Below the pieces are notes generated by a model that saw only the letters and a list, made by a program, of their open reading frames with translations, ran no database searches and had not been told where the DNA came from. A stretch of DNA of 64,000 nucleotides from a virus. Both the position numbers and the translations under genes were made by a program. Positions 36,782-45,291 of the stretch are shown here, piece by piece. The stretch lies in IMG/VR virus record IMGVR_UViG_3300020187_000010. The stretch is one strand, 5' to 3'. Numbering within the stretch: the first letter of the stretch is position 1; the number at the start of each line of letters is the position of its first letter.

Positions 36782-39700
36782 TTAAGCAACCCTTACGTAC
36801 AAGGTATATGTCTCAATCACTCCTGTTCCGGAATCAACAGTTGTTCCGGTATAATTACCAGTAAAGTTTCTGGCATAATTTCCTGCGAATGTTCTACTAT
36901 AGTTACCCGCAAAACCTCTACTATAATTACCAGTAAAGTCACCTAAGTATGACGAGGTTCTAGTTCTAGTAGAATCTATGGTATATGCTGAATTTCGACT
37001 TCTACTAAAAGTGGATACTCTAGTTCGTGCAGAGGTTCTGACCGAAGTTCTTGAGTAGTCCCCAACAAAAGTTCTACTATAGTTACCAGTAAAGTCTCCG
37101 ACATAATTAGAAGATCGGGTTCTTGCATATTCACCAACAAAGGTTCTATTGTAGTTACCCACAAAGTTACCCGCAAAGTCTGAAGTAGAATCCCGAGTAT
37201 ATTCTCCTACAAAGTTTCTGTTGTAGTTACCAACAAAATCTCCTACGAAAGTCCGGCCATAATTACCACCAAATATTCTTGAGAAGTTACCAGTGTATTC
37301 TCCTACAAAATCAGTCGCACGAGTTCTTGCATATTCTCCCACAAAGTTTCTGTTGTAGTTGCCGACATAGTTACCCGCAAAACCTCTTGCATAGTTACCA
37401 ACAAATCCTCTATTGTAGTTACCGACAAAATTACCCGCGAATGTACTGATACTATTTCTTGTGTATTCCCCAACAAAAGTTCTATTGAAATTGCCGGTAT
37501 AATTACCCCCAAATCCACGATTGTAATTACCTGCGAATGCACGAGCATAGTCACCAATAAAGTTTCCAATAGAGTCGGTTACCCGAGTCCTAGAATAGTT
37601 ACCTGCGAATGCACGAGCATAGTTACCTTCAAATGCACGAGTCGAAGTGCGGAGAGATATACGGGTATAGTTACCAACGAATCCTCTATTATAGTTACCG
37701 ACAAAATTACCTGCGAATGTACTGATACTATTTCTGGTATAGTTTCCGGTAAAGGTTCTACCATAGTCACCAACAAAGTTTCCAATAGAGTCGGTTATAC
37801 GAGTTCTTGCGTAGGCAGATACACGATTACGAATATAAGACGATGCACGAGTACGTATATATGTGGATATTCTACTACGGGTCGATATACGAGTATATTC
37901 ACCAGTATAGTTGCCGGTGTAGTTGCCTGCAAATCCACGAGTATAATCACCAGTGAAATTACCTGCGAACGTGCGAGTATAGTTCGATGACAATGTGAGC
38001 ATATCAGTGATACTAGGACTTGCTGCGTTTGTAGTATCATCTACACGAGGTTCCCAGAACTGTTGATTGGTCGCGGTATCTGTTGAGTAATACAAGTATG
38101 TTCTGTGGTATGCAGTAGTGTTACCACTCCAGACAAAATCATTCTGAGCGGATACAACTTTCTCACCCGCCATATTATAGATACCAGAGTCAGCATGAGC
38201 CGCACCGGTACCAGAACCTTCGGGGAAAACGTGACCGACTACCAAAAACCATTCGTTTTGAGATTCGGTACCATACCACCAACCTCTCGCTTGGAAGTAC
38301 GGATTACTGTTAGATGCACCATTACTTCTGTTCAATACTGTTCCGCCAACACCAAGATAGAATGAACCATTACCAATAACTTTACGTCTTACCCATGTAG
38401 AGAATCTGTATAGTTTGGTTTTATCAACTGAGAAAGCTGAAGTATTCCAACCACCATCTGCATTAGATGTCGCATCTTGATTTGACACATCCCAAACGAT
38501 ATCAGTACCCTTCGGAGAAGTGTCGGAAATACGTGAGTTACCGTCCCCGTTCTGATTATAGTTAGTTGCAGAACCAGTACCAACTGTCCAAGCAGGAAAG
38601 TTCTGCCACAACAAGTTAGATTGATCTGAGTAACGTGTACCAGTTGTACCTACGAACTGAACGATACTATCACGAGTTGATGTACGAGTATACGTAGAAC
38701 TTCTGTTTTGAATACGAGTTCTTGTGTAATTACTAGGTCTACTGCGTGTAGATATTCTAATGTATGCGGATGATCTACTACGTGCCGATATACGAGTATA
38801 TGTGGAGAGACGGCCGCGGGTCGATGGGTTTATTGAAGTGCGAATATATGAAGAATTTCTACTACGGGTCGATATTCTAGTATACGCAGAGATGCGAGTT
38901 CGCGAATAGTCACCTATAAAGTTTCGCGAATAGTTTCCTATGTAGTCTCCGGTATAATATCCAATGCGAGTGTAGTCGCCTATGTAGTCACCTGCATAAG
39001 ATCCAATGCGAGTATAGTCACCCGTAAAGTCACCTGCGTAATATCCAATGCGAGTAAAGTATAATGGAGTTATTCTATTACGAATAGATATGCGAGTATA
39101 GTCTCCGGTATAGTACAATGTGCGAGTATAGTTACCGATGTAATATAGAGTTCGAGTATAGTCGCCTGTATAATACAATGTACGAGTATAGTTACCGGTG
39201 TAATATAGAGTTCGAGTATAGTCGCCCGTAAAGTTACCTATATAATATCCGGTTCGGATATAGGTATCGATTCGATTCGAAGTACGGGTACTTGTTCTAA
39301 TGTACGTACCGGTTCCAATTCTAGTACGTATAGATGTTCTGATATAATATCCGGTCGCAGTTCTGGTTCTCGAAGAATATCTCAGGTAATTCGCAACCCC
39401 CAAATAATCACCGGTATAATACACTGTCTGTTTAACTATTCGAGTATAGTCACCTACATAGTTAACTATTCTATTATAGTTACCTACAAAATTACCAACA
39501 TAATACAATGTACGAGTGTAGTTACCTGTGAAATTACCAATGTAATACAATGTACGAGTGTAGTTACCTGTGAAATCACCTGCATAATATGATGTACGTT
39601 GGTAGTATAATGTAGCAATTCTGTCTCTTATTGATATACGTTGGTAGTTACCAGTCGCAATTCTGGTACGAATATATGTTCCGGTGGCAGTTCTGGTACG

Positions 39701-42142
39701 AATATATGTTCCGGTGGCAGTTCTGGTTCTGATATAGTCACCAGTTGCAATTCTTATACGAGTATAATTTCCGGTATAGTTACCAGTATAGGTCGAATCA
39801 CGAGTATATGTTAAAATTCGACTACTAGTTCGAAGACTCGTTCGGATATAGTTGAGTGTGCGAACTGAAGTTCGAAGACTCGTTCGGATATAGTTGAGTG
39901 TGCGAACTGAAATACGTGTGCTGTTTCTGGTATATGCAGAAGGACGAGTACGGCCATATTCTCCTACGAACCCTCTATTATAATTGCCAGTATAATTGCC
40001 AGCAAACGCACGAGTATAATTTCCGGTATAGTTACCAATGTAGTTTCCGGCAAATGTTCTTTGGTAGTTACCAGTATAGTCGCCAGCAAACGCACGGTTA
40101 TAATTTCCGGTATAGTTACCAGCAAATGATCTACCATAGTCGCCGACATAATTACCGACAAATGTTCTTGCGTAATTACCACCAAAGTTACCGACATATC
40201 CTTGGAATCTGTCGCGAGTATATGTTACCAATGAATTCCGTGAAGAAATACGAGTGTAGTTGGAACCTCTTGTTCTTGCACTAATACGTGTTGATATACG
40301 AGAATAGTTGCCGGTATAGTCACCCGCAAACCCACGTGAATAGTTACCTATAAATGTTCTATTATAATTACCAACAAATGTTCTATTATAGTTACCAACA
40401 TAGTCACCGGTAAAAGTTACAAGTCTATCCCGAACATAATTGGAAACTCGGCCACGAGTGTAGTTACCAATAAAGTCACCGGTAAAGTCTGTTACTCGAT
40501 CACGTGTATATGCGGATATTCTCGTGCGTGTATAATTGCCTGTATAATTACCTGCATAATTAGAAACACGAATTCTTGCGTATGCAGAGATACGAGTACG
40601 GCCGTAGTTACCAACATAGTTACCGGTAAAAGTCGTTAGTTGATCTCTGGTGTATGTGGAGCTTCTAGTTCGGGTATATGCGGAGATACGAGTACGGGTA
40701 CTTATTCTAGAGTATGATGATACTCTGTTACGTGCATAGTTGCCAACAAAGTCGCCAATAAAGGATGTTACTCGATCACGAATATATGCACTGGTACGTG
40801 TTCGCGAATATGTTGATATGCGATTACGTGAGTATGTTCCTGCGTATGCGGATACTCTAGTACGGGAATAATCCCCAACAAAATTACCAATATAGTTTCC
40901 CGAAAACACGGTTGTGTATGTAGATGTTCTGTTACGAGTATATGTACTCAACCTGTTGCGAATACTATTTCTACTGTATGCAGATACTCTTGTTCTAGAA
41001 TAATTGCCTACAAAGTTACCTGTGAAAGTATTGATACTATCTCTGGTATATGCAGAAGATCTATTGCGAACATACTCGCCCACAAAGATTCTAGAGAAAG
41101 TATCAGTACTGTTTCTAGTGAAAGTTGAAGCACGGTTTCTTGTGTACTCACCTACGTAATTACCGACATACTCACCCACATAATCTCTGATATATTGTCC
41201 CGAAAAGTTTCGAGTGTAGTTGCCAATATAATTTCCACCAAAATCTCGGGTGAACGTATTTGTGCTATTACGAGTGTATAGTGAAGTTCTTGTTCTTGCG
41301 TATGCGGATGAACGATCACGAGTATAAGAAGATGCACGAGTACGAACATATGCAAGTTCTGAAGTTGTTCTTTTAGTATTGGTCGCAGTACCTTTTGCGG
41401 CCCAAGTTCCTGCACTTACCGGAGTTCCCTGAGTCGCAGATCTTAATTGGTAAGAACCAATATTACCCACCTTTCCCCTAAGAGTTTTACAGTGTTGTCC
41501 ATAAGTGTAAGTAATCTGGTTAACAGATTGTTCTTGTAATCCACCAAAACTGGCGGCAGAACCTGACCCAATCATACCAATCGGAGACGTGGCTGTCGGT
41601 GCAGTCATTGCATCACGTTGGTAGATATTGTATACTGTAGAAGTTCCGTTACCTAATGTATCTGTGTATACAGCGGGGATAAATGTACCATAGTCCGCAC
41701 TAGGTGCAGAAGAACCGAGGTAAAAGGTGCCTGGATAATCAGATATTGCAATACGTGCATTCAGACGAGTACATAAGGTATCCATATCTACATCAGTAAA
41801 TTCATGAATACCTACATCACCCGAAGTGTTCCAACCAACCGGTCTGTTATAAAAACTACCAGTATAGTTCGCATCATTAGATAGTTGTCTTAGATTAGTC
41901 GTAGTTGTGCCGGAAGTGATAGATGATGCGGGATGGGTACCATCAGGTTCATTGTAGAAAGTATCAACGAAAGAACCAATGATAGTACCACTAGAGAGAT
42001 GCAAGTCTCCCGCAGAAGAACCCGAAGAATTCTTTAGTTGAATACCTGCAAGATAGGCGAGATAGTTCTCTTCCGTAGGAGTCATCTCCTTCAGATCACC
42101 ATTCGTACCTTCTAACTTTAGTGGGATATCAGATGCGGCCAC
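36782..42142 (-). CDS. Giant self-complementary tetrapeptide-repeat protein A (1786 aa), predicted beta-hairpin filament with an inserted globular domain
   Basis: GTG start; ~265-aa N-terminal domain shared with the paralog; xGxY/xRxR/xSxY/xRxF words; 221-aa insert; C-terminal ETYTLYVRVA. Confidence 0.85.
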   Translation of the reverse strand: MAASDIPLKLEGTNGDLKEMTPTEENYLAYLAGIQLKNSSGSSAGDLHLSSGTIIGSFVDTFYNEPDGTHPASSITSGTTTTNLRQLSNDANYTGSFYNRPVGWNTSGDVGIHEFTDVDMDTLCTRLNARIAISDYPGTFYLGSSAPSADYGTFIPAVYTDTLGNGTSTVYNIYQRDAMTAPTATSPIGMIGSGSAASFGGLQEQSVNQITYTYGQHCKTLRGKVGNIGSYQLRSATQGTPVSAGTWAAKGTATNTKRTTSELAYVRTRASSYTRDRSSAYARTRTSLYTRNSTNTFTRDFGGNYIGNYTRNFSGQYIRDYVGEYVGNYVGEYTRNRASTFTRNSTDTFSRIFVGEYVRNRSSAYTRDSINTFTGNFVGNYSRTRVSAYSRNSIRNRLSTYTRNRTSTYTTVFSGNYIGNFVGDYSRTRVSAYAGTYSRNRISTYSRTRTSAYIRDRVTSFIGDFVGNYARNRVSSYSRISTRTRISAYTRTRSSTYTRDQLTTFTGNYVGNYGRTRISAYARIRVSNYAGNYTGNYTRTRISAYTRDRVTDFTGDFIGNYTRGRVSNYVRDRLVTFTGDYVGNYNRTFVGNYNRTFIGNYSRGFAGDYTGNYSRISTRISARTRGSNYTRISSRNSLVTYTRDRFQGYVGNFGGNYARTFVGNYVGDYGRSFAGNYTGNYNRAFAGDYTGNYQRTFAGNYIGNYTGNYTRAFAGNYTGNYNRGFVGEYGRTRPSAYTRNSTRISVRTLNYIRTSLRTSVRTLNYIRTSLRTSSRILTYTRDSTYTGNYTGNYTRIRIATGDYIRTRTATGTYIRTRTATGTYIRTRIATGNYQRISIRDRIATLYYQRTSYYAGDFTGNYTRTLYYIGNFTGNYTRTLYYVGNFVGNYNRIVNYVGDYTRIVKQTVYYTGDYLGVANYLRYSSRTRTATGYYIRTSIRTRIGTGTYIRTSTRTSNRIDTYIRTGYYIGNFTGDYTRTLYYTGNYTRTLYYTGDYTRTLYYIGNYTRTLYYTGDYTRISIRNRITPLYFTRIGYYAGDFTGDYTRIGSYAGDYIGDYTRIGYYTGDYIGNYSRNFIGDYSRTRISAYTRISTRSRNSSYIRTSINPSTRGRLSTYTRISARSRSSAYIRISTRSRPSNYTRTRIQNRSSTYTRTSTRDSIVQFVGTTGTRYSDQSNLLWQNFPAWTVGTGSATNYNQNGDGNSRISDTSPKGTDIVWDVSNQDATSNADGGWNTSAFSVDKTKLYRFSTWVRRKVIGNGSFYLGVGGTVLNRSNGASNSNPYFQARGWWYGTESQNEWFLVVGHVFPEGSGTGAAHADSGIYNMAGEKVVSAQNDFVWSGNTTAYHRTYLYYSTDTATNQQFWEPRVDDTTNAASPSITDMLTLSSNYTRTFAGNFTGDYTRGFAGNYTGNYTGEYTRISTRSRISTYIRTRASSYIRNRVSAYARTRITDSIGNFVGDYGRTFTGNYTRNSISTFAGNFVGNYNRGFVGNYTRISLRTSTRAFEGNYARAFAGNYSRTRVTDSIGNFIGDYARAFAGNYNRGFGGNYTGNFNRTFVGEYTRNSISTFAGNFVGNYNRGFVGNYARGFAGNYVGNYNRNFVGEYARTRATDFVGEYTGNFSRIFGGNYGRTFVGDFVGNYNRNFVGEYTRDSTSDFAGNFVGNYNRTFVGEYARTRSSNYVGDFTGNYSRTFVGDYSRTSVRTSARTRVSTFSRSRNSAYTIDSTRTRTSSYLGDFTGNYSRGFAGNYSRTFAGNYARNFTGNYTGTTVDSGTGVIETYTLYVRVA
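39661..39726. repeat. 30-bp tandem repeat (IRTRTATGTY)
   Basis: TTCTGGTACGAATATATGTTCCGGTGGCAG twice, plus a partial third copy. Confidence 0.85.
39827..39910. repeat. Perfect 42-bp tandem duplication (VRTLNYIRTSLRTS)
   Basis: AGTTCGAAGACTCGTTCGGATATAGTTGAGTGTGCGAACTGA twice. Confidence 0.9.
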
Positions 42143-42175
42143 AAATTCACTTCTCTAATTTATTAAACTTATTTC

Positions 42176-42183
42176 TATTTATA
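42176..42183 (-). promoter_or_regulatory. T4-type late promoter upstream of repeat protein A
   Basis: TATAAATA about 34 nt before the GTG. Confidence 0.75.
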
Positions 42184-42190
42184 AGTTTAT

Positions 42191-45100
42191 TTATGCGGTT
42201 CTTACATACAGAGTATATGTTTCAACTGAGAATGTAGTATCCCTAATAGTCTGACCCACGTAGTCTCCTACAAAGTCTCTGGAATAATTACCGGCAAAGT
42301 TTCTACTATAATTACCGGTATAGTTGCCGCCAAAATCTCTAGTACTTGTTCGAGTAGACTCTCTAGTATATGAAGATCCTCTAGTTCTGGTGTATGTAGA
42401 CCCACGATTTCTTATAAAGTTTGTATTACTTACACGGGTATAGTTGGAGTTTCTATTTCTGGTAAACTCACCAGTATAATCACCGACATAATCCGCAGCA
42501 TAAACTCCAACGTATGTAGATGCTCTTAAAGTTATGTATGACGAAACCCGAGATCTACTGAAAGAATCGAACCTTGTTCTGGCTGATATTCGTGTGAAAT
42601 CTCCGGTATAGTTGCCGCCAAAATCTCTTGTGTAATTACCTGCAAAGTTTCTTGAGTAAGACGATACCCGAGTTCTGATATATGTCGAATAACGATCATT
42701 TAAACTAACTCTGGTAAATAGACCTGCATAATTACCGGTATAGTTACCGGCAAAGTCTCTCGTATATTCACCGGTATAGTTACCAGTATAGAGTGAAACC
42801 CTAGTCCGTATATAATTACTGTTTCTTTCTCGGGTAAAGTCTCTTGCATACTGTCCCGAGAAAGTAGAAGACCTAGTCAGTATATAATTACTGTTTCTTT
42901 CTCGGGTAAAGTCTCTTGAATATTGTCCCGAGAAAGTAGAAGATCTAGATCTTATGTAACTAGAATCTCTATTTCTGGTAAAGTCCCTCGCATATTCTCC
43001 CGCAAAAGTAGAAGATCTAACTCTTATGTAATTCGAATTTCTAGTTCTTTCATAGTTTCTTGAGTATTCGCCAACAAACAATCTATTATAACTTGATACT
43101 CTGGCTCTTTCGAAGTTTCTTGAGTATTCCCCAGCAAACTCTCTAGAATAAGTAGATACCCGAGTCCTAGTAAATTCGCGAGTGAATCCCTGCAAATATG
43201 AACTGACTCTTGTGAAATCACCAATGTATGAAGGAACCGTCCTAGTAGCTATAAAGTCACCGGTATACGTAGCGGGGCCAGCAAAGTAAAGACCACCACC
43301 CGATTTGTCGTATCTGACAGAATTCACAAATCCCGCAAAAGTAGATGTACTGTTACGAGTATATTCTCCTCCCGGCAATCCCAAATAACCAGCACCCACA
43401 AAGTCTCTTGTGTAATCACCAGTATAGTATAAAGTACCTTTTAGGTATTCTGCACGAGCTCGTGTATAATTACTTACTCTAACACCACCATATGTGGATG
43501 TCGAAGTGCGTGTAAAGTTTAATGTTCGAGTGAAGTTGCCAATATATGTTGAGAAACGAGTTCTGCTGAAGTTTCTATTATATGTAGAAATTCTATCTCT
43601 TGTATAGTCACGTGCATATTCACCAACAAAGGCTCTATTATATGCTGAACTTCTATCTCTAGTGAAGTCACGTGCATAGTTACCAATATATGTGGCAGTA
43701 TAATTGCCAGTGTAAGTTGATGACCTAATTCTAGTGAAGTCACGTGAATATTGTCCAGAGAAAAATCTGGAGTAATTGCCAGTGTAAGTTGATGACCTAA
43801 TTCTAGTGAAGTTACGTGCATATTGTCCAGAGAAAAGTCTGGTATAATCGCCAGTGTAATTAGAATTTCTAATTCTAGTGTAGTCACGTGCATATTGTCC
43901 AGAGAAAAATCTGGTGTAATCGCCAGTGTAATTAGAATTTCTACTTACTATTCTTGTTCTGGTATAGGTAGATGTTCTAGCACGTGTCGAGATTCGTGTA
44001 TATTCACCTACATAGTTACCAGCATAGTTGCCAAGAAACATTCTAGTATAGTTGCCGGTAAAGTCTCTGGAATAATTAGATGTACGAGTTCTACCATAAG
44101 CCGATTCCCGAGTCCGTGTGAAGTCTCTGGTATAATTGCCTGTAAATTCACCGGCATATGAACTGATACGTGTCGCTATGAAATCTCTAAAAAAGGTACG
44201 TGAAAAGTTGCGACTGAAGTTACCTGTGTAATTTCCAATATAGTTGCCTGTAAAGTCTCTAGAATAGTCTCCGACAAAAGTTCTACCATAGTCGCCAGTA
44301 AAATCACCGGTATAATTGCCCGTAAATTCTCTGGTATAGTTTCCTATAAATTCTCTGGTGTAATTGCCTGTGAATTCACCGGCATATGAAGTTGTCCCTG
44401 TGCGAGTGTAATCATCAGCGTAAGCCGAAGGTCTAGTTCTCGTGTATAAAGATGCTCGTGTGCGAGTATAGTTCTGTTCACTGACAACACGAATGGTGTT
44501 TGCAGCACTACCTACATTCTTCCAAGTACCACCGACAGGTATACCCTGCGAAGAAGTTCTAAGTTCATATGATCCGACCGCACCATCAATTGCACGTCTG
44601 GTTTTCGCACGTTGACCAATAGTCACTTGAACTTGACGATCTGTTAATGCTTGTAATCCTTCATAAGTACCAGAGGCGCCACTACTTCTCTTCAGTCCCG
44701 CGAGAGTGACCGAAGTTGGAGCAGTCATTGCAGTTCTACGCCATATACTATAGTCATTTACAGTATATGGGTTCCCCGAAGAGTCAGCACGTTGATCATG
44801 CAAAACACTAGGGACTAGAATGTCATAGTCTGCACTAGGTCTGGTCGAAGACAACTTGAGAGAGCCTGGATAGTCAGATAGTGCGATACGACCATTGATA
44901 TCATCGATGAAAGTGTTCAGATCATTATCCGACATTTCATATACATTACTTTCATAATGTCCGACTGGTTTTCTCCAATCACTATCATTCTCTAGTGCGG
45001 TACCATTGATCTGATATAAATTTGTTGTGGTGGTAATAACCGATTGGGCATTATATGGATGAGTTCCAACGGGTTCTGGATAATAGGTATCCGTCAGAGA

Positions 45101-45277
45101 TCCAAGAGACCTATTTCCACTTGCACTGAGCGTAAGAAGCCCTACATCGCTACTGTCCGCAATTGCGTTCTGTAGTCCTGCGAGGTAGGCAACATAATTT
45201 TTCTCGGTTGCATTTATCTGTTGGAGATTACCATTAATGTCTTTTAATTTTAACGGTAATGTCTTATTATCTGACAT
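42191..45277 (-). CDS. Giant self-complementary tetrapeptide-repeat protein B (1028 aa)
   Basis: Paralog of A (PLKL, NY.AYLAG, SDYPG, AMTAPT, GSY.LR; C-terminal ETYTLYVRTA) with the same word vocabulary. Confidence 0.85.
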   Translation of the reverse strand: MSDNKTLPLKLKDINGNLQQINATEKNYVAYLAGLQNAIADSSDVGLLTLSASGNRSLGSLTDTYYPEPVGTHPYNAQSVITTTTNLYQINGTALENDSDWRKPVGHYESNVYEMSDNDLNTFIDDINGRIALSDYPGSLKLSSTRPSADYDILVPSVLHDQRADSSGNPYTVNDYSIWRRTAMTAPTSVTLAGLKRSSGASGTYEGLQALTDRQVQVTIGQRAKTRRAIDGAVGSYELRTSSQGIPVGGTWKNVGSAANTIRVVSEQNYTRTRASLYTRTRPSAYADDYTRTGTTSYAGEFTGNYTREFIGNYTREFTGNYTGDFTGDYGRTFVGDYSRDFTGNYIGNYTGNFSRNFSRTFFRDFIATRISSYAGEFTGNYTRDFTRTRESAYGRTRTSNYSRDFTGNYTRMFLGNYAGNYVGEYTRISTRARTSTYTRTRIVSRNSNYTGDYTRFFSGQYARDYTRIRNSNYTGDYTRLFSGQYARNFTRIRSSTYTGNYSRFFSGQYSRDFTRIRSSTYTGNYTATYIGNYARDFTRDRSSAYNRAFVGEYARDYTRDRISTYNRNFSRTRFSTYIGNFTRTLNFTRTSTSTYGGVRVSNYTRARAEYLKGTLYYTGDYTRDFVGAGYLGLPGGEYTRNSTSTFAGFVNSVRYDKSGGGLYFAGPATYTGDFIATRTVPSYIGDFTRVSSYLQGFTREFTRTRVSTYSREFAGEYSRNFERARVSSYNRLFVGEYSRNYERTRNSNYIRVRSSTFAGEYARDFTRNRDSSYIRSRSSTFSGQYSRDFTRERNSNYILTRSSTFSGQYARDFTRERNSNYIRTRVSLYTGNYTGEYTRDFAGNYTGNYAGLFTRVSLNDRYSTYIRTRVSSYSRNFAGNYTRDFGGNYTGDFTRISARTRFDSFSRSRVSSYITLRASTYVGVYAADYVGDYTGEFTRNRNSNYTRVSNTNFIRNRGSTYTRTRGSSYTRESTRTSTRDFGGNYTGNYSRNFAGNYSRDFVGDYVGQTIRDTTFSVETYTLYVRTA

Positions 45278-45291
45278 TCTCTTTCCTACTA

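Noticed and set aside
36800-44500. CRISPR array or non-coding repeat array
   Set aside because: The repeats are degenerate 12-nt multiples with synonymous variation inside long open frames; there is no constant repeat with unique spacers and no cas gene.
36782-45277. Mirror symmetry of the repeat proteins explained by a DNA inverted repeat
   Set aside because: The reverse complement of GNY-type codons (GGT AAC TAT) gives IVT, SY or stop-containing frames, not RTR/RxS words. I see no long DNA palindrome, so the complementarity is at the protein level.
36782-45277. Multi-core RiPP precursor interpretation of the repeats
   Set aside because: No recurring leader or cleavage motif and no protease or transporter nearby; long-range arm complementarity and location among fibre genes favour an intact structural protein. 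Not formally excluded.
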